Below, in pieces: positions 56,490-64,000 of a stretch of 64,000 bases of DNA. The DNA comes from a virus: IMG/VR virus record IMGVR_UViG_3300037487_001316, positions 32,001 through 96,000 of that record; one strand, written 5' to 3'. Made by a program: the position numbers and the translations under genes. Below the pieces are notes generated by a model. It did no database searches, was not told the origin of the DNA, and saw nothing but the letters and a program-made list of their open reading frames with translations. Numbering within the stretch: position 1 is the stretch's first letter; the number at the start of each line of letters is the position of its first letter.

Positions 56490-57518
56490 ATGACAAAACA
56501 GTATCATACACTTGTATTCATCGGCCGCTTTCAACCGGTCCACAACGCTCATACAGAAATTATCCGTAGAGCAAGCAAACTCTCCAAACAAATTATTATC
56601 ATTGTCGGTAGTGCCAATCAACCACGGACTTATAAGAATCCGTGGACAAGCAAAGACCGCCAAAACATGCTCGAAAATGTTCTGAACTATATAGTTCCGG
56701 AAACCGAATGTGCAGTTCGCATAGAGCATAATGTAGACACAATTTATAACGATACAGCATGGGCTGGTCGCATTCAGTCTATTGTGGCAAAACATACACA
56801 GCCCGGTGATAAAATTGGTGTGATTGGTCACAAGAAAGATAGCACTTGTTTCTATCTTGATATGTTTCCGCAATGGGAACAAGTAGAAGTTCCGTTATTG
56901 GAGCCACTCAATGCTACAAATATCCGTGATCTTTACTTTCGTCGAGATGCTAATATGCACTTTATTCAGGGTGTTGTACCACAACCTGTATTTAGATTGC
57001 TCGAAGGTTGGAAAGATACACCTGAATACGAACAAATTATTCGAGAACGAGAATTTGTTGAAATGTATAAGAAACAATATTCAAGTTTACCATATGCGCC
57101 TGTTTTTGTAACAACAGATGCAGTGGTAATATGCTCCGGGCATATACTAATGATTCGTCGTAAGAGTGAACCCGGTAAGGGGTTGTGGGCATTGCCTGGT
57201 GGGTTTTTAAATGCACAGACTGACCGAAGCATACAAGATGCTATGATTAGGGAATTGCGAGAAGAGACCGGGATTAAAGTACCATCCCCTGTACTGATCG
57301 GTAATATTAATAAAGTCAGGGTGTTTGATGCCATTGATCGAAGTACTCGCGGCCGCACAATAACCCATGTATTTAAAATAGATCTTCCCGACGGAGTATT
57401 ACCGAAAGTGAGGGGAATAGACGACGCTGATAAGGCTCGGTTTATGCCGTTAAGCGAATTGGATTCTGCCGTATGTTTTGAAGATCATTTTGAAATTATT
57501 TCTTCCTTGATTGCATAA
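56490..57518 (+). CDS. nadM: bifunctional NMN adenylyltransferase / Nudix ADP-ribose hydrolase
   Basis: FIGRFQPVHNAH, GSAN, KNPW, NAT.IR; Nudix box WALPGGF...RELREETG; FEDH. Confidence 0.93.
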   Translation: MTKQYHTLVFIGRFQPVHNAHTEIIRRASKLSKQIIIIVGSANQPRTYKNPWTSKDRQNMLENVLNYIVPETECAVRIEHNVDTIYNDTAWAGRIQSIVAKHTQPGDKIGVIGHKKDSTCFYLDMFPQWEQVEVPLLEPLNATNIRDLYFRRDANMHFIQGVVPQPVFRLLEGWKDTPEYEQIIREREFVEMYKKQYSSLPYAPVFVTTDAVVICSGHILMIRRKSEPGKGLWALPGGFLNAQTDRSIQDAMIRELREETGIKVPSPVLIGNINKVRVFDAIDRSTRGRTITHVFKIDLPDGVLPKVRGIDDADKARFMPLSELDSAVCFEDHFEIISSLIA

Positions 57519-57647
57519 TCTATTTACCGTATAAGACGGTAGAGGAATCACTTAAACTGGCAGGCTACGATGTGTTGGTTTTTGTTCCTTCGATGGACGA
57601 GGAACAAGGATTAGTTACGTGCGGGAATTTGGTATTGTCCAAAAAAA

Positions 57648-57714
57648 TTGACTTAAAATAGTAATTCTGCTACAATAAGTCATAGTAAGAAAAGTCCCGA
57701 CGATAGAGTTGGGC
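57648..57714 (+). promoter_or_regulatory. sigma70-like promoter plus GATAGA-loop leader hairpin
   Basis: TTGACT-17bp-TACAAT; CCCGAC-GATAGA-GTTGGG. Confidence 0.55.
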
Positions 57715-57736
57715 ATTTAAATAAAGGAACTTTATT

Positions 57737-59179
57737 ATGAAACTCTCTAAAAACATTATTTTAAATTCTGACTCGTACAAATACAGTCAGTTCAATCAAT
57801 ACCCTAAAAATACCGAATATGTGTATTCTTACATTGAATCGCGTGGCGGTCAGTGGAACAAAACAGTCTTTTTCGGACTGCAGGCATTTATTAAGGAGTA
57901 TTTGACTACTCCAATCACAAAGGAAGATATTGATGTTGCGGAAGCCATTATCACTGCTCACGGTGAACCGTTTTATCGGGAAGGGTGGGAATATATTCTT
58001 ACGGCGCACGAAGGTCGTCTTCCAGTCGTCATTAAAGCGGCCCCAGAAGGTTGTCTCATACCAACTAAGAACGTATTAGCCACAATTGAAAACACTGACC
58101 GCAACTGCGGCTGGCTGACATCGTTTCTTGAGACTGCAATTCTTCGCGCAATTTGGTATCCGACTACTGTAGCAACAAATAGTTACGAATCGAAGAAAAT
58201 TATCCTCAACGCATTGGAGAAAACAGGTGACCCCACTCTTATTGATTTTAAGTTACATGATTTTGGTGCTCGTGGCGTATCGAGCATGGAAAGTGCTGGT
58301 CTCGGGGGAGCAGCTCACCTCATTAACTTCATGGGTACTGACAATATTAGTGCTCTACTCTACGCTCGCGAGTATTATGGTACTGATATGGCAGGATTCT
58401 CCATTCCGGCCATGGAGCATAGTACAGTAACCAGCTGGGGACGCGAAGGAGAAGTAGACTCATACAGGAACATGCTGAAAACACACGGTAAGGCGGGTTC
58501 TCCGATTGCGTTTGTGTCTGACTCATACGACATTTACAATGCCTGCAAGATGTGGGGCACTGAACTGAAACAAGATGTGCTGGATTCCGGTGCAGTCGTT
58601 GTCATTCGTCCTGACTCAGGTGAGCCAAGCGAAGTAGTTACCAAGTGTCTCTACATTCTGGAAAAGTACTACGGTTCTGTGAAGAACGCTAAGGGCTTCC
58701 GAGTGCTGAACAATGTGCGTGTCATTCAAGGTGACGGCATCGATCACGCCACAATTCGCTCAATTCTGTTTGTCATGGAACTTGCAGGCTTCTCTGCTGA
58801 CAACGTGGCATTTGGTCAAGGTGGTGCGCTGCTTCAACAAGTCAACCGTGACACACTACAGTTTGCTATGAAGTGTTCTGCGATCGGTGTTCGTGAGTAT
58901 GTAGAGTTTAGCGATGATCCAACATTTGTCACCCCGTCTCGGGTAGAATGGCGTGATGTGTTCAAGGATCCGATCACTGATCACGGCAAGGTCTCCAAGA
59001 AGGGTCGCGTAACTCTTTGGAACAGCGGTGGCGAGTATGTATCTGCTGTGGATCAACCACGCGGTTGGGCTGACAAGAGTTTCGGACCATGGGTTGAGGC
59101 TCTCTCGGAAGTTTATCGTGACGGTGTGTTGGTGAAAGAAATCACCTTTGAAGAAGTCCGTGCAAACGCTCGGAGGTAA
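57737..59179 (+). CDS. nadV: nicotinamide phosphoribosyltransferase (NAMPT)
   Basis: DSYKYS, LHDFGARGVSS, F.GTD, SIPAMEHS, VSDSYD, IRPDSG, IQGDG, FGQGG.LLQ, K.SKKGR. Confidence 0.95.
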   Translation: MKLSKNIILNSDSYKYSQFNQYPKNTEYVYSYIESRGGQWNKTVFFGLQAFIKEYLTTPITKEDIDVAEAIITAHGEPFYREGWEYILTAHEGRLPVVIKAAPEGCLIPTKNVLATIENTDRNCGWLTSFLETAILRAIWYPTTVATNSYESKKIILNALEKTGDPTLIDFKLHDFGARGVSSMESAGLGGAAHLINFMGTDNISALLYAREYYGTDMAGFSIPAMEHSTVTSWGREGEVDSYRNMLKTHGKAGSPIAFVSDSYDIYNACKMWGTELKQDVLDSGAVVVIRPDSGEPSEVVTKCLYILEKYYGSVKNAKGFRVLNNVRVIQGDGIDHATIRSILFVMELAGFSADNVAFGQGGALLQQVNRDTLQFAMKCSAIGVREYVEFSDDPTFVTPSRVEWRDVFKDPITDHGKVSKKGRVTLWNSGGEYVSAVDQPRGWADKSFGPWVEALSEVYRDGVLVKEITFEEVRANARR

Positions 59180-59180
59180 C

Positions 59181-59477
59181 ATGAACATCTACACCGTCCG
59201 AAACAATCTGAAAAACACAATCGTTGGCAAGGAGGAACACCTTGCCAAACTCATACCTAATGCCCAAGAGGCAGTGACACCATTTGTTGCCGATCGTATT
59301 GCTATAAAAACAGCAATCCAATACCTTTCAGTCAACATTGGCGAACTCAGGCGTATCCTTCGGGATGTGGAACAATGCTGTAAGAAGGCTACCGATCAAT
59401 CCTGGGAGGCTAACCCAGATCGTATGGGCGGTGCCTCCACAGCAGACGAAATTAATGAATCTAGAGCCTGGAGGTAA
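59181..59477 (+). CDS. hypothetical protein
   Basis: GGAGG SD; SWEANPDRMGG motif. Confidence 0.65.
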   Translation: MNIYTVRNNLKNTIVGKEEHLAKLIPNAQEAVTPFVADRIAIKTAIQYLSVNIGELRRILRDVEQCCKKATDQSWEANPDRMGGASTADEINESRAWR

Positions 59478-59499
59478 TTATGTCGAGCCGGGCTCTTTT

Positions 59500-62361
59500 T
59501 TATTCGTCTCTTGATGTAGCTACAGTTAGACCAGCTGTACCTAACTTCATTACATCGCCCTTTCCTAATACGGTGCTTTGATAAATTAATGGAAATATCA
59601 TTATATCATTGTCACCCTCATTAGGTCCTAATACATAACGACCATTTGGTCTTAATCCTGCAGCATTTGCTTCAGCAGCACTTAAAGATATGCAAGGCAG
59701 CTTAGTGGCACCCTCAGTCTGTCTTTCTTTCTGTGTTCTAATATGGCTTGTCTTTAGTCCCGATGACTGTTCAAGTGATATCATTAATGTTGGTCTATTT
59801 TCATCATTACTGATATTCGCATAAAATTGTTTACCGAATTCTTTAGCAAAATCTACATTAAAATCGATAGTGACTGATTTTTTAGATTGAGTATCTGTTC
59901 CACCACCGGAATTGATCCACTCCTGGGCATCACTTACGGCATCTTTATTACTCAGTGATACTCCTCTGTGCTTTTCTTCACCCCTTCTATCTAACACCAT
60001 CCATTCTGTCTTGCCACCATCTGTTGATGGGCGATATCTAATTGTCCAACCATGAAAATCTATATTTACGGGTTTGGCCTTTGGTTTAGCTGCCTGTGCA
60101 TCTGTGTGTTGTTTTCCTAATATATCAGCGAATTGATTCATATCGACTGCTTCCAAGAATTTACTTAATCTACTTTCATACGTTTCAGCTAGACCAGCCG
60201 CCTGCGCTTGCTGATCTAGTTGAGCTTTCTTTCTGACCAACTCCTTTTTCATGACAGGACTCTTAGAAGTATGCGGATCCATTTGTATACGTTGTAATTC
60301 TTTACGGCGAGAGAAATAAGCATCTTTACTTAATGCTGGTGCGGCATCTTCTACTTTTACAGTAGATCCTCTCCACTTATCAGTGACATCATTTAGTACA
60401 TCTTGATAATTTACATCGTTAGATGGAGCACAACGATTGATGCCACCCATACCACCTTCATTTACATCACCAATCATAGTTGCATAGTCATCCATTGTGA
60501 GTGTTCTGCCTTCCTGGCTTAACTCGATTAACTTCTCGGCTGCATTGTGCAAATCTAAGTCGGTTTTTGCGTCTTCTTTGGCGTATTCCATGATCCGAAT
60601 CAATAAAGGTACATCTACTGTTACTGTATCGGCAGGATTATTGATTTCTTCGCCTTCCGCCACACCTTTTCTGCCCATCTCACCTTGACGCATACTGTAG
60701 TCAGTATAATCATCTTCGGAGCCTTGGTCAAATGAACCATCTAAACTAGCATCATTAAACGAAGTCGACCATGCATCTTGATATATAGAATCTTCTGGAT
60801 CGTATCCTAAATGTTTAGCAACACGGGCGCCCATCTGTTGGATTGTCTCTGCATCCTTGCCTTGGTCGTATAGCTTGATCAATACACCGGCAATCTTATC
60901 CTTCATTTGTTCGTATTTGATATAGCCGGGAGTAGAGCCTTCCGCCACACCTTGACCCATTGTCTGAACCATACCTGGCTCGAATTTACGTAGATTGATT
61001 CTGCGTGCTTCTAACCATTTTTGTATATCAGGACGATTAAAATTGAAAATCTTACATTCTGCATCAGCATATTGTTGTTGTAAGTCTCCTAACTGCTCTT
61101 TATCTTTAATTCTGGCATAAACTTTCTGTCCATTAGATAATTTAGCATAGAACAGTATATCCTTTCCAGCGTAACCATATGACTTATCTTTAAGTTTACC
61201 TAATGCACGTGGTAAATCTTGTTGTGTGACTCTTTTGGCCTTATCATAATCTGTTCGAGCTAATTCTTTTGCCTTATCTATTCTTGCCGGTACATATCTT
61301 TTCACAGTTTCGCGATCTAATTCATTAATTTGCTCTTCGTCCACATCTTGTTTTTCTGTTGCTGCCTTCTGTGCTGCCCTTCTTTTATCACTTTCACCTT
61401 GATGAAGTGTTGCTTGGTGAATTTTATGATAAAGTTCATCACCTTTCTTATAATCGCCAGCGTCATCCGCAGCAGTTTTTTGTTTACCTATCGCAGCCTT
61501 ATATTTGGTTATAATGTTGTCCATCTCATTTACTTCGGTAGATTCTTTCATCTGACCTAATAACTCTTGTGCTTTTTCTACACTAATTAGAAATCTACCA
61601 AAACGCTGTGGATCGGCAGCTTTCTCTAGATATTCTTTACTATAACCCGATGAAGGCTTTTCTGCAGACGCAGGCGCAGATGTTTGTTGTTTACCGTTTT
61701 CTCTATCCTGTAATTCTGCCTTGGCATTATCAACACTTACCATAAACCGCCCGAAACGATTAGGATCTGCTGCTTTTTGCAAATATTCGGTACTATAACT
61801 ACTGAGATCCTGCCGATTTTGTTGTTGTTGAACACGTTGATTTAATGTAACTTGATCTTGTGGCTGAAACCCTTGCTCTGGATTAAGAGATACGCCGCCA
61901 GCATGTGCGCCACCCGAGCCTAGCGATCCCAATGCCACGGCACCAGCCGCCACCGCATTTTTCCACCCTGCTTCTGTGATCTCATCATCTCCATCTGCAA
62001 GTTTTTCCACAACAGTAACATTATTAGTTGATGTTTTCATTAGTCTGCCATCAGCTAGACGGAAAAATACCACATTCTGATCAATTCTTTCAACTTTACC
62101 TTCCATGTCTGTCTTATTAGTTCGGATATTATCACCTGGTCTGGGAGTATCAGACATATCTTCGTTGGCTGTGGCACGTTCATCACGTTGTCTTTGTTCC
62201 GAACGATCTTGCTCTCTATGCCATTCATCATTACCGGAGTTTTTTCTGGGTGTAGAAGGAAGAGCCTTTAAATGCTTTCTTGATTGTAGATAATCAGTGA
62301 CTCTTTTAGTAATTTCAGGTCCCGATGGAATATCGGCTTCATTAACTTGTGATAACTTCAT
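59500..62361 (-). CDS. modular head-internal polyprotein-like protein (953 aa)
   Basis: MKLSQVNE start after minus-strand GATAAATA (62384-62391); many [VIL]xE sites; duplicated KAADP.RFGRF module; two GVAEG repeats. Confidence 0.75.
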   Translation of the reverse strand: MKLSQVNEADIPSGPEITKRVTDYLQSRKHLKALPSTPRKNSGNDEWHREQDRSEQRQRDERATANEDMSDTPRPGDNIRTNKTDMEGKVERIDQNVVFFRLADGRLMKTSTNNVTVVEKLADGDDEITEAGWKNAVAAGAVALGSLGSGGAHAGGVSLNPEQGFQPQDQVTLNQRVQQQQNRQDLSSYSTEYLQKAADPNRFGRFMVSVDNAKAELQDRENGKQQTSAPASAEKPSSGYSKEYLEKAADPQRFGRFLISVEKAQELLGQMKESTEVNEMDNIITKYKAAIGKQKTAADDAGDYKKGDELYHKIHQATLHQGESDKRRAAQKAATEKQDVDEEQINELDRETVKRYVPARIDKAKELARTDYDKAKRVTQQDLPRALGKLKDKSYGYAGKDILFYAKLSNGQKVYARIKDKEQLGDLQQQYADAECKIFNFNRPDIQKWLEARRINLRKFEPGMVQTMGQGVAEGSTPGYIKYEQMKDKIAGVLIKLYDQGKDAETIQQMGARVAKHLGYDPEDSIYQDAWSTSFNDASLDGSFDQGSEDDYTDYSMRQGEMGRKGVAEGEEINNPADTVTVDVPLLIRIMEYAKEDAKTDLDLHNAAEKLIELSQEGRTLTMDDYATMIGDVNEGGMGGINRCAPSNDVNYQDVLNDVTDKWRGSTVKVEDAAPALSKDAYFSRRKELQRIQMDPHTSKSPVMKKELVRKKAQLDQQAQAAGLAETYESRLSKFLEAVDMNQFADILGKQHTDAQAAKPKAKPVNIDFHGWTIRYRPSTDGGKTEWMVLDRRGEEKHRGVSLSNKDAVSDAQEWINSGGGTDTQSKKSVTIDFNVDFAKEFGKQFYANISNDENRPTLMISLEQSSGLKTSHIRTQKERQTEGATKLPCISLSAAEANAAGLRPNGRYVLGPNEGDNDIMIFPLIYQSTVLGKGDVMKLGTAGLTVATSRDE
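60652..60953 (-). repeat. 17-bp perfect direct repeats flanking an in-frame 285-bp unit
   Basis: GCCTTCCGCCACACCTT at 60652-60668 and 60937-60953 (minus strand AAGGTGTGGCGGAAGGC, encoding GVAEG). Confidence 0.9.
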
Positions 62362-62492
62362 AAGAAATCCTTTTCGTTTAAGCTATTTATCCATAATTTG
62401 ATCTTTCAGTTCACATTGTGTATAATGACTTATCCCTAGGACTAAATACTAGTCCCTTGTATATCCAAGAAGGGAATTTAGGAGAAAGAAAG

Positions 62493-63035
62493 ATGATAAC
62501 AGCAAAAATTCTCCTTGCATATCTTTTGAGCACAGCCAACTTCGTCGGAATCGACGTTGACACATCAAAGATTGATCCAGAACAAGCGTATTGCTTGGCT
62601 GAGAACATCTATTATGAGGCCAGAAATGAAGATATTCGAGGTCAATTTGCAGTTGCTTCTGTTACCCTAAATCGTGCAAATGATGCACGATTTCCAAATA
62701 CTGTATGTGGTGTGGTTAAATATACTGCTGTATCTCGTATCAGTAAAAAACTTGTCTGCGCGTTTTCCTGGTATTGCGAAAATGACAAGAAGGGTAGAGA
62801 AATACCTGTAAGAAATAAAGACGGAACCGTTAATCAACGAGTAGTTGATCAATTTCAGGTTGCTAGTATTGTAGCGATTACAGCACTTGGCGGAACTGTC
62901 GAAGACAACACAAATGGGGCAACCCATTTTCACAACCCATACACGAGTCAGCCGGCATGGCGTAATGAGTTAAAGAGAACCATAAGATTAGGTAATCACG
63001 ATTTTTATAAGATGCCACCACAGAAAGTAGATTAA
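62493..63035 (+). CDS. SleB-like cell wall hydrolase (Hydrolase_2)
   Basis: CLAENIYYEARNE..GQ.AVA.VTLNR, FP.TVCGVV, FSWYC, GATHFH, GNHDFY; AGGAG SD upstream of ATG 62493. Confidence 0.9.
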   Translation: MITAKILLAYLLSTANFVGIDVDTSKIDPEQAYCLAENIYYEARNEDIRGQFAVASVTLNRANDARFPNTVCGVVKYTAVSRISKKLVCAFSWYCENDKKGREIPVRNKDGTVNQRVVDQFQVASIVAITALGGTVEDNTNGATHFHNPYTSQPAWRNELKRTIRLGNHDFYKMPPQKVD

Positions 63036-63038
63036 ATA

Positions 63039-63061
63039 GCCGGGGCTTCGGCCCCGTTTTT
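63039..63061 (+). terminator. intrinsic terminator
   Basis: CGGGGC-TTCG-GCCCCG followed by TTTTT. Confidence 0.85.
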
Positions 63062-63063
63062 AT

Positions 63064-63345
63064 ATGGGATATATACCACCACAACCACCTAACTGGAGAT
63101 GCGACCCGGGTCTTGTATCTATATACGAATATAAGAGAAAGTTTGCATTATTACCGGTTAAATGTGATGATGGAACAAAAGTATGGTTTAAATTCTATTA
63201 CAAGAAATACGAAATCTGGTCACATGGTAGATTTGGAGTCAAAGGATCTCTCAATTTTGATGAAAATGATTATTTACATACCGACTTTATTGGATGTCTA
63301 ACAGAAGCTGATTATATAGTCTGCCGACTTGTTGAAGGATTTTGA
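63064..63345 (+). CDS. hypothetical protein
   Basis: RKFALLPVKC.DGT.VWFK.YY. Confidence 0.55.
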   Translation: MGYIPPQPPNWRCDPGLVSIYEYKRKFALLPVKCDDGTKVWFKFYYKKYEIWSHGRFGVKGSLNFDENDYLHTDFIGCLTEADYIVCRLVEGF

Positions 63346-63370
63346 CTTTCGTTAGATTTTCGTGTACACT
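63342..63370 (+). promoter_or_regulatory. sigma70-like promoter for thyX
   Basis: TTGACT-17bp-TACACT. Confidence 0.6.
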
Positions 63371-63389
63371 TTGCATATCAGGAGAAGAT

Positions 63390-64000
63390 ATGCAAGATAA
63401 TATTATAAAAGTTTTAGATCATGGCCATGTAAGATTGGTCGAAAGCATGGGTAGCGACTTATCCATTGTGCGTAATGCCAGAGTATCGTATGATGCAGAC
63501 TGGCGTGCAGGTGACGACGATGGCAAAGATGCCAAATTGCTCCATTACCTATTAAAAAATAAACATACAAGCCCGTTTGAATCCTGTGTTTTTACATTTG
63601 ACGTAAAAGCACCTATCTTTGTATTTAGACAGTGGCATAGACATCGTACTTGGAGTTTCAATGAGATTTCTGCTCGTTATGCAGAGCTGCCAGAAGAGTT
63701 TTATGTCCCGGCGTTAGATCAAATCACCACTCAATCGGCATCAAATAAGCAGATGCGTACAGATGAGCAGCACCCGGATGCCGCTGGCGTAGCCGAAATT
63801 ATCAAATCAGCGAGTGAAGCTTCGTTTAATCACTACCATAAGCTAATATTAAATGGTTGTCCGCGTGAGTTGGCACGATCAGTATTACCGGTCGGGACAT
63901 ATAGTCATATGTTTGCTACCTGCGACTTACATAACCTATTCCACTTCCTTAAACTTCGGCTACATTCACATGCTCAATATGAAATTAGAGTATATGCGGA
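63390..64000 (+). CDS. thyX: FAD-dependent thymidylate synthase (runs off the window end)
   Basis: ARVSY, HTSPFE, RQWHRHRTWSFNEISARY motif, ELARSVLP; AGGAG SD; missing from the ORF track because it has no stop in the window. Confidence 0.93.
   Translation, partial: MQDNIIKVLDHGHVRLVESMGSDLSIVRNARVSYDADWRAGDDDGKDAKLLHYLLKNKHTSPFESCVFTFDVKAPIFVFRQWHRHRTWSFNEISARYAELPEEFYVPALDQITTQSASNKQMRTDEQHPDAAGVAEIIKSASEASFNHYHKLILNGCPRELARSVLPVGTYSHMFATCDLHNLFHFLKLRLHSHAQYEIRVYA

Noticed and set aside
456-63301. Many antisense or nested ORFs in the track (e.g. 456-791, 2373-2918, 10717-11193, 24611-25009, 40127-40663, 42924-43496, 56430-56882)
   Set aside because: They are shadows of well-supported genes on the other strand or frame, with no SD, promoter or recognisable motifs.
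1-64000. Stop-codon reassignment, as found in some large phages
   Set aside because: Core genes are full length in code 11, TAG and TGA terminate genes normally, and no suppressor tRNA is seen.
1-64000. CRISPR array
   Set aside because: No run of equal repeats with unique 30-40-nt spacers was noticed; the 17-bp repeat occurs twice within a coding frame.

Overview
A 64-kb, AT-rich segment of a large tailed myophage genome from a distantly T4-related (jumbo-type) lineage, read in the standard genetic code and almost entirely on the + strand. In order it contains: a tRNA array (Ile-TAT, Ser-TGA, Val-GAC, Arg-TCT, Ser-CGA, Arg-CCT) interleaved with HNH, KTSC, NADAR and glutaredoxin genes; rIIA/rIIB; UDP-glucose dehydrogenase; a virion block (neck, sheath, tube, head completion, large terminase); a replication block (gp32, UvsX, UvsY, UvsW, a miniature DnaE-like protein, primase, helicase); more virion and head-internal proteins; a GIY-YIG homing endonuclease; a class II RNR; a NadM-Nudix plus NAMPT NAD-salvage pair; a 953-aa modular protein; a SleB-like hydrolase; and thyX (truncated by the window edge). 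The most unusual signals are: (1) a circularly permuted tRNA-like RNA (YrlA/Y-RNA architecture with an extra CAT anticodon-like hairpin) inside the tRNA array; (2) a modular, probably head-packaged polyprotein with a cassette bounded by perfect 17-bp direct repeats encoding GVAEG, plus a family of proteins with capsid-targeting-like N-termini under a GATAAATA late promoter; (3) an A10 slippery site that would fuse two ORFs by a -1 frameshift; (4) two unannotated structured ncRNA candidates; (5) a shared GATAGA-loop hairpin in front of both NAD-salvage genes. All product calls come from motifs recognised by eye; no database search was run.
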